This document shows, piece by piece, positions 58,925-64,000 of a stretch of 64,000 bases of DNA; within the stretch, counting starts at the first letter, position 1; every line of letters begins with the position of its first letter. This DNA is from Phycisphaerae bacterium (GTDB taxonomy: Bacteria; Planctomycetota; Phycisphaerae; UBA1845; Fen-1342), in contig CAXXWX010000013.1 of NCBI GenBank assembly GCA_963675745.2, positions 96,001-160,000 on the forward strand. The letters are read 5' to 3'. Under the pieces are notes generated by a model. It was not told the origin of the DNA and did no database searches. It saw only the letters and a program-made list of their open reading frames with translations. A program made the position numbers and the translations under genes.

Positions 58925-61036
58925 TCAACACAGTAGTTCCAGGCGCAGCGGCTGATCCTCGCGGCCGGGCTTGACCACCGCCTGCCATGCCGTCGGTCCG
59001 ATTTCAACGTGGCCATCGCCATCGTCGGCGGTGATTCTGTCAACAATAGCGTGAGTGGAGCGCAGACCCCCGAGCCAGGCCCGTCGGTCGCCCACGTGGA
59101 GCAGATCGCCGACGTCAGCGCTGAGCGCTTGAGCCACCGTTTTCGAAAGACGGACCAACGGCAGTCCGGTGGCCGCGTGAACACGCTCTTCGCTCGCGCG
59201 CCGAACCGTCGCAAGCGCGCGTTGCCCGCGCCGCTCACGTCCGGGAGAGCCCTTGTAGTGTCTGATCGCATCGGCGACCGTGCCCCAGACCAGCCCGCGG
59301 CAGCGCGCCGCCGACTCGGGCCGTGTCAGCAACGTGACCACGACGGCGATGGTGCCGCAAACGCTCAGCCCGTATAGCGCGCGCATAAACTTGAATTGCC
59401 TCATACCCGCGAATAATCCCTCGCCGGCGTCGGTCATGGACACCCCGTGGGCGAACGGTGCGATCACCTGCGGGACAAACAGCGACAGGATGATCGCCGC
59501 CATTCCGCCGGCCAGCGTGGCCAACGCCGCAACCTTCGTGAACCGCCGCCAGAAGACGCTCAGCAGGAGTGTTACAACCAGCGGCGGCGTGACGGCGGCG
59601 GTGAATGCGCCATGGGCGGCGTAGATCGTCTTGAAATTCATGAACACCGGTACAAGCGCGATTCCCAGTATCGACACTCCCACGGCACCTATCCGCGCCA
59701 CGCGCAGAAGCTGGCGCTCACCGGCGTCCGGGCGTATGTACGGCTTGTATATGTCGTTGACCACAATCGCCGAGACGGCCGTGATCAACGTATCCACCGT
59801 TGACATCAGGGCCGCGGTCAGCGCGGCCAGCACCAATCCAAATATGCCGGGTCGGCTCAGGAATTCGGCGGTGACAAAGAATGCTTCATCGGCCTTCACA
59901 GTCTGGGGCAGGACGCCGGCGTGAACCAGCGCCTTGCCGACCCAACCGCCCGACGCGACGACGCAAGCCGCCATCGGCATCAGCACCAACGGCATGAACA
60001 GCGCGGCCTTGCGCGCTTCGCCGACGCTGCGGGCCGCCATGAAACGCATGACCATGCCCTGGTTGAGAAAGTAGAACATGGCCGAGTTGGCCATCGCATC
60101 CTGCCAGAAGATCCCCACCGCCGGAAACGACGGGTCAGCGTTGAAGTGTGAAAAAGCCTGGCGATGGCCGCGTGGCAGGTGCTGCCAGAACACGTCAAAC
60201 CCGCCCAGGTAGTCGATCCCGAGGATCAGCAGCACGAAGCCCACCGCCAGCAGCATCACACCCTGGAACAGGTCGGTCATGATCACGCTGGTCTGGCCGC
60301 CGAAGGTGACGTAACACGCCGAGACGCAGGCCACGATGAGTGCCGACGCGAAAATCGGCCAGCCGAGCAGAATGTTGAACACCTTGCCCATCGTGAACAG
60401 GTTGACGCCGACGTAGCCGACCAGGTAGATCAGAATGAACGCCGTCGCCCAGGCCCGGACCGAGCGGCCGAAGCGGCGTTCGAAGTACTCCGGAATCGAC
60501 GTGATCCGCGAGAAGTAGAGGATCGGCAGCCAGCCGAAGATCAACAGCGGGATCCAAAACCAGTCGTTGAGATACGTCTGGCTGCTGGACAGCCCGTGGT
60601 CGAAGGCGACCCGGCTGTATTTGACAAAGCTGTATGACCCCACGGTGGTGGCGATCAGGCTGAAGGCGATCAGCCACCAACTGAAACGCTGCCCGCCGAA
60701 AAAGAAATCCTTGCTGGTCCGCTGGTTGCGGCCGAACCAGGTGCCGATCACCAGGATCATCAGGAAATACGCGACGACGATGCCGTAGTCCAGCGGCGTG
60801 CCCAGTCGGTCGGCGCGTTCGTAGCCGCCCTCGTACGCCACCGGCGGGGCGGTTTTCATCGGTGCGTATTGCAGGTAGGCCTGCAAGCCGGCGAACAGCA
60901 ACAGCCCGCCCACCAGGATCGCCAGGCTGATCGCCTTGCGGCCGGAAAACCCGACATACCCCTGTCGGGCGGCGTAGACGAGGCCCGCCAGAAAGACCAG
61001 GCCGCCGACTGTGTATTGGTAGACATACGGATCCAT
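58925..61036 (-). CDS. Sodium:solute symporter (SSS) family protein
   Basis: DFFFGG..FSWW..AFSLIAT, SIPEYFERRF, GG..SVIMTD.FQ, AALMSTVD. Confidence 0.93.
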   Translation of the reverse strand: MDPYVYQYTVGGLVFLAGLVYAARQGYVGFSGRKAISLAILVGGLLLFAGLQAYLQYAPMKTAPPVAYEGGYERADRLGTPLDYGIVVAYFLMILVIGTWFGRNQRTSKDFFFGGQRFSWWLIAFSLIATTVGSYSFVKYSRVAFDHGLSSSQTYLNDWFWIPLLIFGWLPILYFSRITSIPEYFERRFGRSVRAWATAFILIYLVGYVGVNLFTMGKVFNILLGWPIFASALIVACVSACYVTFGGQTSVIMTDLFQGVMLLAVGFVLLILGIDYLGGFDVFWQHLPRGHRQAFSHFNADPSFPAVGIFWQDAMANSAMFYFLNQGMVMRFMAARSVGEARKAALFMPLVLMPMAACVVASGGWVGKALVHAGVLPQTVKADEAFFVTAEFLSRPGIFGLVLAALTAALMSTVDTLITAVSAIVVNDIYKPYIRPDAGERQLLRVARIGAVGVSILGIALVPVFMNFKTIYAAHGAFTAAVTPPLVVTLLLSVFWRRFTKVAALATLAGGMAAIILSLFVPQVIAPFAHGVSMTDAGEGLFAGMRQFKFMRALYGLSVCGTIAVVVTLLTRPESAARCRGLVWGTVADAIRHYKGSPGRERRGQRALATVRRASEERVHAATGLPLVRLSKTVAQALSADVGDLLHVGDRRAWLGGLRSTHAIVDRITADDGDGHVEIGPTAWQAVVKPGREDQPLRLELLC

Positions 61037-61119
61037 ACCGCCGCGAATTGTAGCGGCTGTCGCGGTTAGTGCGAGAAGCACACCTTCCCGATGCCTGCCG
61101 CACCGGATAACCTGCGGCT

Positions 61120-62550
61120 ATGGAGACCATAGACTCGACCGATATTGCGAACATCAACGAGCGCGTGCGCGCCTGGTCGGCGGGTGGTGAACCGATGCAG
61201 CCGGTCCTCATCGACCGCATCATCATCGCCGAGGACGCGCTCGACGCCCTGGTTGACGAGGTGCGCGGCGTGTCGGGCGGCGGGCGCGTGCTGGTCGTGG
61301 AGGACCACACGCCGATGCGCCGCGGCGCCGACGATCTGAAATCCCTGATAAACCAGGCCTTGTCACGCCGTTGTGTCGTGGAGACGCGCACGCTGCCCGA
61401 GCAGCCCGCGCGCGCCTTTCATGCCGAGATTGAGGCCGGTCAGAAACTTGCCGGCGAGCTGGCGGCGTCCGGCGCTGACTTTGCCGCCGTTGTCTCGGTC
61501 GGTTCCGGCAGCATCACCGACGTCTGCAAATACGCGCGCCACCTGCACGCGGAGACCACCGGCCGCGAAGTCCCGCTCGTGTGCGTGCCGACCGCCGCCA
61601 GCGTGACGGCCTACACGTCGGCGATGGCGGCGCTGACGATAGCGGGTGTCAAACGCTCGGTTCCCACGTTGGCACCCGACGTCGTCGTTTGTGACCTGCG
61701 CACATTGGCCGACGCCCCGCGCGCCATGACGCAGGCCGGCTTCGGCGACGTGCTAGCGCGGAGCGTCTCTTACGGCGATTGGTATCTGGCCCACCAGCTC
61801 GGAATGGACAGGTGTTTCAGCCTCGTCCCGGGCCAATTACTGGAGCACGCGGAACACAACATGCTGCGTTGCGCGGCGGGCATCGCCGCCGGGCAAACCG
61901 AGGCCGTGCGCGCCCTGCTCGACGCCTTGCTGCTCTCGGGCATGGCGATGTCGATCGCGCGCCAGACAGCGCCGCTGTCGGGGTGGGAGCACGCCATCAG
62001 CCACTTTCTCGATCTCACCGCCGACCCCGACCGGCGCGAACCGGCGCTGCACGGCGCGCAGGTTGGCATCGGCACGTTGATTTCCGCGCGGGGCTACGAG
62101 ACGGCGTGGACTGCGCTCGACCTGGACCAACTGACCCGCGAGCACGACGACGACCATTATCGGAGCTTGCTGGAGAGTGTATGTCGGCGCTATGACGCCT
62201 CCGATGCGCTGGTCGCGGAGCTGTGGCGCGATTTCGCGAAGAAGCTGGGAACCTGGCGCGCCGCGCGCGATGCACGCCGGCGGTTCGGCGAGCGCAAACG
62301 CGCCGGCGAGTTCGACTCGTTCATCGAACGCGCTGTCAGGCGCTCCGCCGCCATCGACCATGCACTGCGCGAAGTCGGCGCGCCTTGGCGTTTTGCCGAC
62401 CTGGACCAACCTGTCGGTGCCGGCAGTGCCCGGTCGGCCGTGCGGTTTGCGCACCTGGTGCGAGCCCGCTTCACGTTGGGTGATCTGTTGTCCGAGTCGG
62501 CCTGGTTGGATGATGCCGCGACCGAAGCCCTGCTCGCCGGCCTTCTGTAA
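61120..62550 (+). CDS. sn-glycerol-1-phosphate dehydrogenase-like protein (AraM/EgsA family)
   Basis: VGSGSITDVCKY, PTAASV.AYTS, AGFGD, SG.EH.ISH, LHG.QVG. Confidence 0.85.
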   Translation: METIDSTDIANINERVRAWSAGGEPMQPVLIDRIIIAEDALDALVDEVRGVSGGGRVLVVEDHTPMRRGADDLKSLINQALSRRCVVETRTLPEQPARAFHAEIEAGQKLAGELAASGADFAAVVSVGSGSITDVCKYARHLHAETTGREVPLVCVPTAASVTAYTSAMAALTIAGVKRSVPTLAPDVVVCDLRTLADAPRAMTQAGFGDVLARSVSYGDWYLAHQLGMDRCFSLVPGQLLEHAEHNMLRCAAGIAAGQTEAVRALLDALLLSGMAMSIARQTAPLSGWEHAISHFLDLTADPDRREPALHGAQVGIGTLISARGYETAWTALDLDQLTREHDDDHYRSLLESVCRRYDASDALVAELWRDFAKKLGTWRAARDARRRFGERKRAGEFDSFIERAVRRSAAIDHALREVGAPWRFADLDQPVGAGSARSAVRFAHLVRARFTLGDLLSESAWLDDAATEALLAGLL

Positions 62551-62736
62551 CTATCGACCGCCTATGAGTGTTGAAACTGGCACGAGCATCTCGCATGATG
62601 TTCTGTCGGCGATCCGCCCAGGTTGCGGTCGCGCTCGACCAAGAGCGTGGTTTTCAGCGAACTGCGATTTGATGCATGTGCCGCGACATGGCAAAATCAG
62701 TAATCTCGGACAAGGATGACATCGCGGAGGAGACAG

Positions 62737-63831
62737 ATGATCGTGCGATTTTTCCTGGCGGCCGCGCTGGTCACGGTGGCGGCCGCGACCGCTGTTGCCG
62801 GTGACCCGGAGCTGGAGTCGATTCAGCAGGAATACGAGAAGTACCGCAGCCAATGGGTGCAGGCGGCCGGGCTGCAAGTCGCGCAGGGCCGCGGCGATGA
62901 CCCGGCCCAACTTCCGCCCGATCCGTTCGAACTCGTGGTGGCCCGTGTGCGCGACTACGCCAACGAGCATGCGGGCACGCCGGCGACCATTCCGGCGCTT
63001 GTAATGCTCGTGAGCGGCGGTGACCGGAGTGTGGGGCTTCCGCGCAGCCAGTCGGACGGCCTCACAGCGATCAAGCGGCTGACGGAGTCTCACGCGGCCG
63101 ACCCGACGCTGAAGGACCATCTGGCCGCCATCCGCTACAGTTGCTTGGCTCTAAAAAAAGAACCGTTCATCGCGTTTTACACACATGTGATCGCGGTCAA
63201 CCCGGACAAGGAGGCCAAGGCCCAGGCTCTGTACAACCTCGGGCTCACGCACTATCTCGATTCGTCCAGTTGGTTCGCCGACAAACCCAGCGACGCCGAC
63301 CGCGAAAAGGCCATTGCGGTCTTTCGGCGGTTCATGAACCAATACCCGACGCACGCGCTGGTGGGTGATGTACGCCGGCTGCTGTATGACCTGGACAAGC
63401 TGTGGGTCGGCGAGCCGGCACAGCCACTGGTGGCCAAGGATGTTTCGGGTATTGAAGTTGACCTGGCCAAGCTGCGCGGCCGCGTGGTGCTGCTGAATTT
63501 CTGGAACTTCGACGTGCCGGGCGGCATCGCGATGATCCCGCGCCTGCGTGACATGTCCGTGAAGTTCCAGTTCAAGCCGTTCAGGATGATCGGCGTCAGC
63601 TCCGACGCGGACCTGGACACGCTGAAGTCACGGCTTTCGCAATTCGAAATGACCTGGCCCGACGTCTGGGAAGGCAAGGGGCGCCACATCTCCCAACGCT
63701 GGAATGCGCGCATTCTGCCGACCATCTACCTCATCGACCACAAGGGCATCATCCGGCATCGTCTCGGTTACGTCGCCGGTGAGCATCTCGAAAAGCTGGT
63801 TGGCGAATTGCTGGACAAAGCCGAGGAGTAG
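62737..63831 (+). CDS. Secreted TPR + TlpA/redoxin-fold protein lacking CxxC
   Basis: VGEPA, L..LRGRVVLLNFW, IGVSSD, WN...LPTIYLIDHKGIIR. Confidence 0.85.
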   Translation: MIVRFFLAAALVTVAAATAVAGDPELESIQQEYEKYRSQWVQAAGLQVAQGRGDDPAQLPPDPFELVVARVRDYANEHAGTPATIPALVMLVSGGDRSVGLPRSQSDGLTAIKRLTESHAADPTLKDHLAAIRYSCLALKKEPFIAFYTHVIAVNPDKEAKAQALYNLGLTHYLDSSSWFADKPSDADREKAIAVFRRFMNQYPTHALVGDVRRLLYDLDKLWVGEPAQPLVAKDVSGIEVDLAKLRGRVVLLNFWNFDVPGGIAMIPRLRDMSVKFQFKPFRMIGVSSDADLDTLKSRLSQFEMTWPDVWEGKGRHISQRWNARILPTIYLIDHKGIIRHRLGYVAGEHLEKLVGELLDKAEE

Positions 63832-64000
63832 AGAGGGGGCGAGCGACATGGGGGCACAACCCGCGACAGCGGCCGGCGCCAACGCGCCGACATGCGTCCT
63901 GTGTGGCCGCGTGTTCAATTGGCGCCGCAGACGCAAGCCACTGTACGGTGTGGACGTGTGCGGCAGGTGCCGTAACGCCTTCGCCAATCGACGGCAGCTT

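Noticed and set aside
60195..61391. Long alternate-frame ORFs (also 11809-12750, 27112-28158, 46360-47367)
   Set aside because: Expected GC-rich shadow ORFs overlapping well-supported genes.

Overview
GC-rich bacterial chromosome segment. Gene content and style (ECF sigma + Ser/Thr kinase pair, paired DUF2294 genes, dockerin-like C-terminal tails, RRM protein, atypical UvrA) suggest Planctomycetota, probably Phycisphaerae; this is inference, not a database result. Positions 1-40500 are mostly housekeeping and envelope genes: uvrA-like, mdh, ABC SBP + ATPase, M20 and M29 peptidases, MscS, etfBA, metF, tRNA-Leu(TAG), topA, rpmE-prfA-ispE, glgB, a DEAD-box helicase and rimB-rimK-deacylase. Positions 40500-64000 are more accessory. 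Main leads: (1) a candidate Na+-type ON-riboswitch overlapping a perfect 20-bp terminator ahead of a DUF2294 / Cys-less HesB-like / B12 radical SAM operon; (2) an unannotated ~200-nt structured RNA between a sigma54 consensus promoter and a U-tailed hairpin; (3) a UvrA that starts with its C-terminal-type ABC module; (4) an orphan HEPN-like gene; (5) two frameshifted secreted-protein genes, one at a CTT-TAG-C site resembling the prfB shift; (6) four families of intergenic palindromic or heptamer repeats. No CRISPR array, rRNA, integrase or transposase was seen.
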